NCBI RefSeq assembly: GCF_006345805.1
Contig: NC_043014.1
Coordinates: 47,740,001-47,804,000, forward strand
Length of the DNA: 64,000 bases
From: Octopus sinensis
Lineage: Eukaryota
Reading direction: 5' to 3'
In this document: piece by piece, positions 36,339-49,267 of the stretch
Layout of the letters: each line of letters opens with the position of its first letter
Numbering within the stretch: the first letter of the stretch is position 1
The notes under the pieces: generated by a model
Databases searched by the model: none
What the model was told of the DNA's origin: nothing
What the model saw: only the letters and a program-made list of their open reading frames with translations
Made by a program: the position numbers and the translations under genes

Positions 36339-36569
36339 AGCAACAATCTGCCACTTTACAAACCCCACATTTGTCATTGTATTAACCTTAAAAGACCTCA
36401 CTAGCAACTGCTTTATTAACTGAGGAGCTACCAGCTTTTAAAATCTCTTTTTTTTCTGAGTATTATCCATGTAATATCTCTTCATAATTTATGTACCATC
36501 GTATACCATAAACTCTCCACTATCTCTACATGATCTCAATAATATCTTTTCTACATTATTATCTGCCAG

Positions 36570-36648
36570 GTTCTCTGAAATGATGCAGTCTTACAATCTG
36601 ATGGGTTTAACATTTACTGGAGGTCTTGCATACAACATGTCAACCCAG
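36570..36648 (+). CDS. COG8: COG8 exon 10
   Basis: gccag acceptor, GTAACA donor; KFSEMMQSYNLMGLTFTGGLAYNMSTQ (human KFQEEMNSY); phase fits both neighbours. Confidence 0.88.
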
Positions 36649-36889
36649 GTAACACTTTTCACCTCATTAAACAACTTATTCTTGTGATCTGGTTCCTATT
36701 CTCAGTCGTAATCATTTCACATAAATTAATTGATATTATTGGAGAAATTAATTAATGCCACATGTATCTATCTCCATACAGAGCAGAAAATATATTATTT
36801 AATTTAGTCTGTATGTATTGGTATAGTTAATAATAATAATTGGTATGAATTATAATATCCTATCATTAATTCCTTTCTACAATAGTAAA

Positions 36890-37302
36890 TCTTTATATAT
36901 AAAAGTCAAGTTGTGTGTCTGTCTCCTATGATTTAGATTCCTAACTACTCCCACATTTTGCGGTGCAGTGTAACCAAAAGCGGGTATCTTATAGTCGTTA
37001 TTCATATCGAGCCCTTCTGGGTATTAGCGCGCGTCTACGATGAGTCTACGATTTTAAAAATAATTTACCATCATTTTTTTCCATTTTAATGCTTTTTTTT
37101 CGCTATTATATAAGGGAAGTAACTCTCTAAAAATGTCTACGATGAGTCAACGATTTTAAAAAAAATTTACCATAATTTTTTTTTTCCATTTTTAATGCAT
37201 TTGTTTTGCTATTTTTTTGTTATTTTTTGGCTATAACTCTCTAAAAATGCTTATATAGTTATTTCCCTTACAAACCCGAGCAACGCCGGGCGATACTGCT
37301 AG
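36890..37302 (+). mobile_element. Non-autonomous Helitron in COG8 intron 10
   Basis: A|TC start, CCCGAGCAACGCCGGG hairpin, CTAG|T end, A-T target site, no TSD. Confidence 0.88.
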
Positions 37303-38582
37303 TAATAGATAAAAATATTTTGTATTGTGTATGAAAATGTGGCATAGTGTCGAATGACATTGTTAGATGGATACTGTCTTTACCTAACAATGCATCTTAA
37401 TCATTGGACAGCCATGATTAATGGATTAGACGCCAAGCAGAAATAAAGTTTGAACAAGAGCACTCAGAGAGTGCAAACCTTCACCAAGGCAACACCAAGG
37501 TCCTCTCAACGATTAGCCAGAGATGATTTTTGAAATGAGAATATCTGAAATAAACTCAACTGCTCTCACAAACAAGAATACTAAAAATGAACCCGATTGC
37601 TCTCAAAAATTAAGTAAAAAAGAATTAAGGAAATTAATCCAGGATCATTGTCCGCTACCGGATAGATCCCAAAATCTATTTAGTTTGTGCCAGTCACGAA
37701 GCCAAACATCCCTGAAAGTTTCATCCAAATCCAAAGGCTCTTGAGAGATCTTACCCACGGACAAACAAACAAACAAACACAACTGAAAACAATACCTCCA
37801 CCTTCACTATGGTGAAGGTAATAAAAGCCTTCTTTGAACTGGTTTATGACAATAATAATAATAATAATCCTTTCTACTGATCCCCACAAATTTCAGGCCC
37901 TGTGCCTGAAATTTGTGGGGATGGGGTAAGATGATCACATCTACCCCAGTGTTCAACTGGTACTTATTTCATCGACCCCTAAAAGGATGAAAGGCAAAGT
38001 CAACCTCAGAATTTGAACTCGGAGTGTAAGAACAGGCGAAATAAATAATCCTGCCAGCTCACTGCCTTGATAATGATGATAAAAATAATGGTCCTTTTCT
38101 GCCATATGCACAAGGCCCAAAATTTTGGGGAGAGTGTTAGTCAATTACCTTGACCCCAGTACTCAACCGGTGCTTATTTTGTCAACCCCAAAAGGCTGAG
38201 CTTGGCAGAATTTGAACTTAGAATGTAAGGCTGGATGAATTGCCACTAAGCATTTTGCCTGGCACAAAGTCAGCAGCTTTGAAGGAAAGCACCAAACCCA
38301 AATACTTGGTGAAACTGTATTTTATTGACCTCAGCAAATTGAACCAAACCAGGATTTGAAATCAGAATGTAAAGAGCTAAAAGAACTACTGCAAAAGCAT
38401 TTTCTCTGATGCTTTACCGATTCTGCCAATTCAACTGCGTTAAAATAAAAATAATGGTAATAATAATAATTCTTTCTGTTATAAGCACAAAAGGTTTGAA
38501 CTTTTGGCAGTTGGGAAGAGGTCGGGGAGCTAATCAATAACGTCAATGCCGGTGCTCAACTGGTACATATTTTATTGATTCT

Positions 38583-39179
38583 TATTTCTTTACTGCCCAC
38601 AAGGGGCTACACACAGAGGGGACAAACAAGGACAGACAAATGGATTAAGTCGATTATATCGACCCCAGTGCGTAACTGGTACTTAATTTATCGACCCCGA
38701 AAGGATGAAAGGCAAAGTCAACCTCGGTGGAATTTGAACTCAGAACGTAGCGGCAGACAAAATACCTATTTCTTTATTACCCACAAGGGGCTAAACACAG
38801 AGGGGACAAACAAGGAAAGACATAGGTATTAAATCGACCCCAGTGCGTAACTGGTACTTAATTTATCGACCCTGAAAGGATGAAAGGCAAAGTCCTCCTC
38901 GGCGGAATTTGAACTCAGAACGTAGTGGCAGACAAAATACCTATTTCTTTCTTACCCACAAGGGGCTAAACACAGAGAGGACAAACAAGGACAGACAAAC
39001 GGATTAAGTCGATTATATCGACCCCAGTGCATAACTGGTACTTATTTTATTTAATCAACCCCAAAAGGATGAAAGGCAAAGTCGACCTCGGCGGAATTTG
39101 AACTCAGAACGTAGCGGCAGACAAAATACCACTAAGCATTTCGCTCGGTGTGCTAACGTTTCTGCCAGCTCGCCGCCTT
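38583..39179 (-). mobile_element. SINE family C trimer
   Basis: Three units with the same junction; monomers of the family at about 31025-31255(-) and 55840-56062(-). Confidence 0.88.
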
Positions 39180-39705
39180 TTATTTTTATTGATTCTGGCA
39201 GGATGAAAGGCAAGGTCGGTCTCAGCAGAATTTGGGTTCAACATGTAAAGCCAGAAGAAATCCCGGCAAAGCATTAGCTCCAGCATGATTCTACCAGCTC
39301 ACTGCTGCCTTTGTAGCTTGGGCACAAGGCCGATAATATTTAGGGAAGGGGGGGGGGGTAAATCAATTACATCGACACCTCTATCTCACCCCAGTGTGCA
39401 ACTGATACTTATTTTATCGACCCTGAAAGGATGAAAGGCAACGTCAACCTTGGCAGCATTTGGACCCAGATTGTACACAACCAAGTGGAATGCCAATAAG
39501 TATTTTGTCTGATGCACTAACGATTCTGCTTGCTTGCTATTCTAATAATCCTTTCAGTTATAGGCACAAGGCCTGAAATTTGGGGGAGGGGGATAGTCGA
39601 TTACATCAACCCCAGTACTCAACTGGTACTTAATTTATTGACCCCAAAAAGATGAAAGGTAAAGTCAACCTCGATGCAGTTTGAACTCAGAATGTGGACA
39701 CATTG

Positions 39706-40110
39706 AAACTCCGACGTCTGGCAGCTGACTTGGCAGACACCCATAAAATTATTAACCATCTTACAAACAATAACTCTGAGCACCTTTTCAAACTCCACCC
39801 ATCTAACACCCATGGACATGTTTACAAAGTCAGAAAACAGCACAGCTCCCATGACTTTAGGAAACATTTTTCCACGCTGAGAGTTGCTGAAGCATGGAAC
39901 AAACTGCCGGCATCAGTTGTTAGTTGTCGGAGCACTGCATCCTTCAAAACTTCCATGCTTCCTGAGATTCGCCAACACTACACCCGATTTTCTCCCCTCC
40001 ATACACACACAAGGATGTATCTGACTCATGCATTGTTCGCTTTCCAGACATTTGTACATTACTGCATATACTCTGACAAGTTGTGGTGCACCTGAGCCCT
40101 GTATACAATA
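39706..40110 (+). mobile_element. CR1-like LINE 3' fragment
   Basis: LKLRRLAADL...HGHVYK...RKHFSTLRVAEAWNKLP...SFK, the CR1/L2 ORF2 C-terminal signature, followed by an ATT-rich tail. Confidence 0.85.
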
Positions 40111-40245
40111 ATTTCATTATCATTATTATAGAATACTGCTAAGCATTTCACCCTGCGTGCTAACGATTCTGCCAGCTTGCTGCCTTGCCATTCTAATAAT
40201 AACAATCTGTATTTGACCATTACCTCTGTCTACTTTGTATTTCAG

Positions 40246-40430
40246 CCTGGTCAGTTATACCCGCCTTCAGTTCTCCTGGATTTTCAACCTTTGGCTAATT
40301 ATTGTAACCATGTGTTGACTGCCTTTAACGATTTACGCTTGTGTCTGCCAATCTCTTTGGCCTGTGACATCACCGACAAACTGGAGAAGTCTTTATTAAA
40401 GGTCAATGATGTCATATTGTCGTTTCATCG
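40246..40430 (+). CDS. COG8: COG8 exon 11
   Basis: PGQLYPPSVLLDFQPLANYCNHVLTAFNDLRLCLPISLA...ILSFHR; ttcag acceptor, GTAAGT donor. Confidence 0.96.
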
Positions 40431-40669
40431 GTAAGTTGACAGTTGCTCTATTACAAGGGGCTGCTGGAAAGTTCCTGGTTTTGGGTAAAAGTAAACGCAG
40501 GAGGATCTGTTAATTATGATTTTATTCAACATATTCCCCTCTCAGATTCACACACTCATTGCAGCGGTCCTTCAGTTTTTCTAAGCCCTGTAAAAGACTC
40601 AGAACGTTGGGCCCTTCCAACCAGTCCTTTCACAACACCCATAAAGTCAGGAGTTTTTCAGCACCCCCT

Positions 40670-40717
<48 letters not shown>

Positions 40718-41020
40718 GCAGCACATATACATATATACAACGGGCTTCTTTCATTTTCCGTCTACCAAATCCACTCACAAGGCTTTGGTCGGCCCGAGGC
40801 TATAGTAGAAGGTGCCACACAGTGGGACTGAACCCAGAACCATGGGGTTCATAAGCAAGCTACTTACCACACAGCCACTCCTGCACCTATTATTAATTTC
40901 ATTTTCAGAAAGGTCTGAACACCACACAATCTCACCTCCTCCAACCCTGCTACAGTTTCTGATCAAATTCCTCTGTATGCTAACATTGTTAAAGTCACTA
41001 TTTTCCTTTCTTATGTCCAG

Positions 41021-41189
41021 GGCGGAAGAAAGTACATTAAGCAACACCGAGACTGACCATTTCCAACACCTGCTTCAAGTCTACACCAACCATTTTCTGC
41101 CTTATGTACAGAAATGTATGTTGACATTGTTTCCCCCGTCACACCTGGCTCAGACACTGGGACTGACGATTGTTGACCTCACATCAATG
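41021..41189 (+). CDS. COG8: COG8 exon 12
   Basis: AEESTLS...LPYVQKCMLTLFPPSHLAQTLG; gtccag acceptor, GTAAGT donor. Confidence 0.95.
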
Positions 41190-41759
41190 GTAAGTATCCA
41201 TCTAAGTTACACCCTCTGGATGATGGTGCCAGAGATTAGCCACCACATCATTGTCAGATGAAATGTAAATTGATGCCTTTGGGTTTCAGTGATGAAGGTT
41301 CCAATTCATCATCATCATCATTTAACATCCGTTTTCCATGCTAGCATGGGTTGGACGGTTCAACTGGGGTCTGGGGAGCCAGTAGGCTGCGCCAGGCCCA
41401 GTCTGATCTGGCAGTGTTTCTACAGCTGGATGCCCTTCCTAACACCAACCACTCTGTGAGTGTAGTGGGTGCTTTTTACGTGCCACCCGCACGGGGCCCA
41501 GACGAGCTGGCAATGGCCACAATTGGATGGTGCTTTTTACGTGCCACTGGCACGGAGGCCAGTCAGGGCGGTGCTGGCAACGGCCACGTTCGGATGGTTC
41601 TCTTATGTGCCAATTGTACACACTTTTGCATTTACTCTCATACAAGCATCCTAGGCACTTTTGTACACATACAGGTATATAACTGGCACTAGCGCACACG
41701 TTCACACACACACACTCATACAACCAAAAACATATCCACATCTCTCTCTCTATCCACTC

Positions 41760-42095
41760 ATTTGGAGTCAACTCTTGTTCTTTCATGGATCAGTGTCCTC
41801 CAGTCAGTTCTATCCTGGGCCGCTTCCTTCAGATTGGCCATGTCCATTCCGGTATCACTCCTGAGGGTGTCAAGCCAGCGAGTTCTTGGTCGGCCTCTTC
41901 CTCTATTGCCACTGACCATTTCGAGCATGATGTCCTTCTCCATGGATTCTCTCCGCATAATATGACCGAAATATGCCAATCTACGCTTGGTGATCCCAGC
42001 TTCTAGCGACATTTTCGGCCTGATCTGCTTAAGAACTTCTCCATTGGGGAGCCTCGCTGTCCATGGAATCCGCAAATGTCTTCTCCAACACCAAA
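41760..42095 (-). mobile_element. RTE/BovB-like LINE 3' fragment
   Basis: ELWCWRRHLRIPWTAR...LAYFGHIMRRESMEKDIMLEMVSGNRGRGRPRTRW. Confidence 0.9.
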
Positions 42096-42139
42096 GCTCT
42101 ACATATTCATATATACACACATACACATGCTCACTAACT

Positions 42140-42320
42140 CAGAAACACCTAGAATGGGAAAACCAACCCATGAAATTAACATGGAGCTGGCTGAGTATTC
42201 CGTCTACCTTGGACACGAACTCTCTCCAAAAAACAAAGGAATGATAGTTGTGGACCATAGAATCAGAGCTGGTTGGGCAGCCTTTGATAAGAACAAAATT
42301 GCACTTACTCCAAAATGAAT
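42140..42320 (+). pseudogene. LINE RT C-terminal relic
   Basis: EYSVYLGHEL...HRIRAGWAAF motif. Confidence 0.6.
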
Positions 42321-42649
42321 TCCATACCACTTAAAACCAAGTATCTACCTTTGTTCTTCCGAGTTTTATATGAGCTAAAACCTGGGCCAGATTAAGACCC
42401 ATAGAGGCCCTAAACACTTTAAAGATTTTTGTTTCCCCATATATATGTAATTCAAAATATGCCTTTCATCCTTTCGGGGTGCCAGCCTCACCTGGCCCCC
42501 GTGCCGGTGACACGTAAAAAGCACCATCCGATCGTGGCCGTTTGCCAGACCCATCTGGCACCTTCAAAATTTCAATGATGTGAGTGTTTACTTTTAGAAT
42601 GACACTGTAGGGTTAGTGTGAGAAGCCAGTTTGAAGGAAAAACAGAAAG

Positions 42650-43080
42650 AATATTTGGTTTGATTTTGATTGATTGTGGTGACATTCACCCTGGGCGGGT
42701 TGAGTCGTCTTCTTCCACCCACCCAACCCGAGGCATTGTATTCGCCATTGAGAATTCGTGGAAGAAGTTTCGTGGGAATATGTGGATTTGACAAGCGGTC
42801 CCCAACAATCCCGCATGTGGAGACATCCTGTTTGCCACAGATTGTCCACAGACGCAGGGGCAGAACGACCGAGGAGCCGCCGGTTGCCGAAGCAGACACT
42901 TTGAGGATTTTCACCAGAGCCCCGTCTGCCGGGTTGTAGCCCTAATACCACTCGGTGTCAGACCAATCCGTCTTGGGTGGCCCTACCAGGAACCGAAGTT
43001 CCCGACGGCATAGTTCTGACACTACCCATTGCCAGCGTCCCCACCACGGTGAGGTGGGGATGGACTTTGGGGACGCATAG
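42650..43080 (-). mobile_element. Probable short non-autonomous RTE-like element
   Basis: GC-rich island with a structured 5' part (42955-43022) and an (AATC)n-like tail near 42650-42680 on the minus strand; family assignment inferred. Confidence 0.45.
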
Positions 43081-43880
43081 AATATTTGGGCCAGATATGG
43101 TCGGTTTAAATGCTAAAGGGTTAATCTTTCAAAATATCAAAATACTTAAATTTGAAAGACAATAATTCCTCTCTACCACCACTATCAATTGATTAGTTCC
43201 AATATCTGTATCTGACATGGCCCACTAATAACCACTCGACCATGAGATGGAAACCAGCTGTCAGCCAGGTGTGTGTGTGTGTGTTGTACCTAGGGAATTC
43301 ATTACAATTAACTGCACTAACATTTGAATTACTAAACAATCTATCGCCTGAGTTTAGGGATCTTCACCACTGAATCATTAGACAGAATAGACTTGGATGA
43401 TATTAAATTAGATGATGCTTCTGCCACTAACTGACCAGTCCAAGTGTGGTGGTGTTGGGAGGGACAGTTCTTGCATCATTCCCCGTTTATTGATTCTTTG
43501 GTCTTACTAAACTATTTATTAACTTTTTGGACATTTATAGATTTTGGTTGTAAATACAGATTAAAATATTTTTCAAATAAATGTGTTGTTACTGTATCCC
43601 ACGTGCTTACAATTCACAAAACATGGTACCTATTTAGAATTAGGTGGAATGAGCCAGTGAGAGTTAACCTGTATGATAGACCCACACACATAATACCAGA
43701 GAAATGTACCTGGGACATAATTTCAAGAGAAAAGACCTAATCAGCTGCATTGGAGTTCTTCTGCTGCACGATAACGCCTGCCCTTTGCTAATACTCCCAT
43801 GAAAGATCTGATCATTACAATTTCATTTCTACAGTTCAACATTGATTATGTTTCTCACAATATTTGTTGTTGTTATTTAG

Positions 43881-45013
43881 GGAAATCCTGGCAGTTTAAA
43901 TATTGAATTGATCCAAGCGGGAGTCAGTCACCTGCTTCCTGAAAAGGAAGATGATGTCATGGAAACAGCAGCAATGGAAATGAACCTTCCGCCTCTGGAA
44001 GACACCAACGTAGAAGCATCCCAGCAGAATGCTCGAGAAGTTGAAAACGCAGTTACTAAGAGAGAACTTAGCCCAGAGATGTCCTCAGCCACTGCGCCAG
44101 GGGAAACCCTTAATACATCTGCAGCTTCTACATCAGAGGATGCACTTATTTCCCCAGCCTCTGTAACTGAGACGACTCCTGTCATTCCAGCCAGTGTTCC
44201 TGAGTCTACAACAGAGACCTCGGCCTCTGTTCCTAAGATAACCCCTGTCACCCCAACCTTTGTTCCTGGGGCAACCCCTGTCATGTCAGCTTCTGTTCCA
44301 GAGGCAACCCCTGTCATGTCAGCTTCTGTTCCAGAGGCAACCCCTGTCATGCCAGCTTCTGTTCCAGAGGCAACTCCTGTGACCCCGGCAACCCCTAAGA
44401 CCCCAGCCTTTGTTCCTGAGGCCACACTGATATCCCAGCCTTTGTTCCTGAGGCTACACCTGATATCCCAGCCTTTGTTCCCGAGGCCACCCCTCATATC
44501 CCAGCCTTTGTTCCCGAGGCCACCCCTCATATCCCAGCCTTTGTTCCCGAGGCCACACCTGATATCCCAGCCTTTGTTCCCGAGGCCACCCCTGATATCC
44601 CAGCCTTTGTTCCTGAGGCCACCCCTCATATCCCAGCCTTTGTTCCTGAGGCCACTCCTCATATCCCAGCCTTTGTTCCTGAGGCCACCCCTCATATCCC
44701 AGCCTTTGTTCCTGAGGCCACCCCTCATATCCCAGCCTTTGTTCCTGAGGCCACTCCTAAGACCCTGGCCTTTGTTCCTGAGACAAGCCCCGTCACAGCA
44801 TCTCCTTTTCCTGAAGCAACCACTGATGTGTCTCCAACCAGCATATCTAACATAGCTTTTCCCATGGATCCTACAAGAGTCAATTTATCCTCCCTACCTC
44901 TGTCACAAGTGGTGCCCCAAGACAATGATCCGAACATGATCTTCACCACTGAATCATTAGACAGAATAGACTTGGATGATATTAAATTAGATGAAGCTTC
45001 TGCCACTAACTGA
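43881..45013 (+). CDS. COG8: COG8 terminal exon with Pro/Thr/Ala/Glu-rich repeat tail (as assembled the frame shifts near 44427 and stops at 44855; the repeat-native frame stops at 45013)
   Basis: tttag|GGA acceptor, GNPGSLNIELIQAGVSHLLPEKE matches human GNLGHVNIGAIQEPLAFILPKRE; the true stop is uncertain (see findings). Confidence 0.8.
44421..44782 (+). repeat. 33-bp coding minisatellite in COG8 terminal exon
   Basis: GCCACCCCTCATATCCCAGCCTTTGTTCCTGAG, 11 units; the first unit is 32 bp. Confidence 0.95.
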
Positions 45014-46333
45014 CCAGTCCAAGTGTGGTGGTGTTGGGAGGGACAGTTCTTGCATCATTCCCCGTTTATTGATTCTTTGGTCTTACTAAACTATTTATTA
45101 ACTTTTTGGACATTTATAGATTTTGGTTGTAAATACAGATTAAAATATTTTTCAAATAAATGTGTTGTTACTGTATCCCACGTGCTTACAATTCACAAAA
45201 CATGGTACCTATTTAGAATTAGGTGGAATGAGCCAGTGAGAGTTAACCTGTATGACAGACCCACACACATAATACCAGAGAAATGTACCTGGGACATAAT
45301 TTCAATTCCATACTCTTTTACTTGTTTCAATCATCTGACTGTGGCCATGCTGGAGCACCACCTTTAATCGAGCAACTCGACCCCGGGACTTATTCTTTTG
45401 TAAGCCCAGTACTTATTCTATCGGTCTCTTTTGCCGAACCGCTAAGTAACGGAGACATAAACACACCAGCATCGGTTGTCAAGCAATGCTAGGGGGACAA
45501 ACACAAACACACACGCACATATATATATATATATATATACATATATACGACGGGCTTCTTTCAGTTTCCGTCTACCAAATCCACTCACAAGGCTTTGGTC
45601 GGCCCGAGGCTATAGGAGAAGACACATATAAATTTTTCCCAAAATTTCCCCAAAAATTTTTCCAAAATTTTGCCCACACTAGCCTTCCATACTTTGTGAT
45701 TTTGGCACCGATAGCCTTCCATACTATTTGATTTTGGCACCACTGGCACCCCAGAAGTTTTTCTAAAATTTTCGAAAAATTTTTGGGGAAAGTTTTCCGT
45801 GAAAATTTTTGAAAAATTTTTGAGGAAAATTTTCACCACAAATTTTACCCGAAAATTCGAAAATTTTCACCAAGAATTTTCCGAAAATTTACCCAAAAAC
45901 TTTTCGAAAATTTTCACCGGAAACGATGTCGACGTTTATAGACTTCAGCTTATGGAGCATATTCGTTATATGGTTTTTCGAAAATTTTTGCAAAAGCTTT
46001 TTGAAAATTTTCCCCAAAAATCTTTTGAAAATTTTTCCCAAAAGTTTTTTAAAATCTTAAAAAAAATTTTTGAAAATTTTGCACAGAAATTTCTGAAAAT
46101 TTTCTACAAAAATTTTTTTAAAATTTACCATAAAAATTTTTTTTAAATTTTCCCCCAAAATTTTTTGAATATTTTCCCCAAAAGCTTCCAATCTTCTCTG
46201 AAAACATTTTCTGATCAGAGGGAAATATTACTTTGCTTGGAAATGGATAAAGGTTAGCAACAAGAAGGCCATCCAGTTGTAGAAAATTCACCTTAAATTC
46301 TGTCCATAGAAGAGTGGACATTAAAATGATATA

Positions 46334-47193
46334 CTGGGTGACCCAAAAGTCACTGATAAGTTTCAATTTTTAATAACTTTCCCTTAACTTTACAAATAAA
46401 TGCATGAAACTTTGATACAATATAAAGGACATAATGGAAATTAATATGTAAAAGTCAAATTTTGCAATACCACATGTGAAAAATGATATCACTTAAATGC
46501 CAACCATTTGCAGCTTCGCACGCCCGTGCTCTTTCCAAAACTTGCACCATAACACCCTCAAGAGTTTCAGACCCCACTTTACTGATTTCTCTATTGATGT
46601 TCTTCAGTTGCACCGGGGTCACCGGTTTGTTGACATAAACCTTCTCTTTCAGGTATCCCCAGAAGAAAAAATCTGAGCTAGTCAAGTCTTTGGAACATGA
46701 AGGCCATTGAAAGGCCATTCAAAGTAGGCTTCACACATGGTCCCAGCAAGATGGGGCAACTGCTCATGCTGCAAGAGAAACAATGCAGTTGCTATGGCAG
46801 TGCTTTGGAGAGAGAATAATTTCCAACAACAGCAATGTCAACTGGCCTTCACCTTCCCCAGACACCTGAAAGAGAAGGTTTACATCAACAAACTGGAGAC
46901 CCTGGTGCAGCTGAAGGAGAACATCAATAGAGAAATCAGAGAAGTGGGGTCTAAATCTCTCGAGGGTGTTGTGGTGCAAGTTTTGTAAATGATACAGGTG
47001 TGCAAAGCCAAAAATGGCTGCCATTTAAGTGATGTCATTTTTCATGTGAGATGTAGTGATGTTGCAAAATTTGACTTGTGCATAATAATTTCCATTATGT
47101 CCTTTATATTGTATCAAAATTTTATGCATTTATTTGTAAAGTTAAGGAAGTTATTGAAAACTGAAACCCATCAGTGACTTTCGGGACATGCCG
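46334..47193. mobile_element. Tc1/mariner (DD41D-like) derivative made of two inverted 3' halves
   Basis: TA|CTGGGTGACCCAAAAGTCACTGAT...ATCAGTGACTTTCGGGACATGCCG|TA; both arms encode YLKEKVY...HLSDxIFH. Confidence 0.85.
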
Positions 47194-48054
47194 TATAAAT
47201 ATTTGCTTATGGCCATTTTCTTTTTTCTACACTCACGCATACCATCTTGTAACTGTATATAAACCAGGCTCCTCTCAACAACAGACAACATAACAGAAAT
47301 ATTAACAATATTTACCAGAAACCTTTTATTAAAACAGCAGACAGTCATTTTATTTTAATAGATTTTTTTTTATATTTTTCCATATTTTTTTCTTTGTTTC
47401 AACAATAAATTCCTTTTATGAAACTTTGGAAATAATAAAAAAAAATTAAAAAAAAAAGAAAGATTTATTTAGGGAGAAGACCTGATTGTTTCTCTTTGAT
47501 TAACAATGATTCACCAACTTGATAGGATGACTAGAAGATCTCTGGCTTGGCTCTACCTAACCAGCACAAACAGAACAACTATTGTTTAAGGACAAAGTTA
47601 GCAAATAAGTGTCCCTGCTTTCAGCTAGCCTTAACAGCTTTCTGTTAAGGACAGGGGCTAGACACAGCAGTGAATGCTGTTCATTGGGTTTCTTTAAAAC
47701 TACTCACAACAGCATTTTTTAAATTTATTTCTTTGTCTAATGATTACACATCAATGGAAAATAGTTGCGGAAAAAAAAAAAAAAAACAACAAACATTATT
47801 TCAATGGAAATGAAAGAAAAACCCAGAGAAAAATCTCTGGTAAAAACGGAAAACTGGTTAAGATTTCACAAAGAGATATTGGAACAATATGTGAAGAGAA
47901 AGAGACCAGAAGGGAGAATCTTCTAATGGCAATTACTTATAATGAGGACACAGCTATATGTGTATGTATATATGTCACTCAACAAACCTGATAACTGCTA
48001 TACACAGTTGGGTGTGTGTGTATATGCATATATGTATATATATGTGTATATATG

Positions 48055-48098
<44 letters not shown>

Positions 48099-48559
48099 CT
48101 GAAACAAGTCACTGCTGCCAACACATCTATAACATCCAATTCCACTGATTAATAAAGACAACCTAAAGAAATATACAACTTTAATCAGCATTAAACAAAC
48201 TAAACCATTGGAGTTGCAGAGTTGGCACAAGAAAGCAGGACGTAATCTACACAGCAGCTACTACTACTACATGAAAAAAACGGGAGCAGAGAGCCATCGA
48301 TTAATGGAGCTACACTGTACAACTCCCAGCAGTAGGGAGAGGCGCATGTGTGTGTGTGTATGTGTGTTTGCATCATCATGATAATGAAGACAGCAATTTG
48401 ATAATATAAAGGGAATTTCCCCCCATTATCATCAGTAGGGTCTATATAGGATATTAAAGGTGAGATGAAGAAGTGGGGGGGAGAAGCAGTTGGTTCCTGG
48501 GGGGGTTAGTTTTAGTGCCATATTCTATAGCATCATTTCTTTGCCTCAACAAGACAAGG

Positions 48560-48862
48560 GAATGTATATGTATGTGTGTGTATATGCATATATATATATG
48601 TGTATATATATGTATATATATATATATGTATATGTGTATATATATAATATATATACATATATGTATATGTGTATATATATATATAGATATATATATATAT
48701 ATGTGTATATATATATATATATGTATATGTGTATATATATATATATATATTATATATGTATTGTGTATATATATTATAATATATATATGTATATGTGTAT
48801 ATATATTATATATATGTATATGTGTATATATATAATATATGTATATGTGTATAATATATATA

Positions 48863-48933
<71 letters not shown>

Positions 48934-48963
48934 GTGTATATATATATATATATCTATATATAT

Positions 48964-49011
<48 letters not shown>

Positions 49012-49027
49012 CATATATAATATATAC

Positions 49028-49090
<63 letters not shown>

Positions 49091-49224
49091 CATATATATA
49101 TATACACATATATATATATACATATATATATATATACATATATAATATACATATACACATATATATATACATATATATATACATATACACATATATATAT
49201 ATATACATATATATATATACATAT

Positions 49225-49267
<43 letters not shown>

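Noticed and set aside
43928-44728. 266-aa antisense ORF (GWDMRGGLRNK repeats)
   Set aside because: Mirror of the 33-bp COG8 coding repeat; no independent support.
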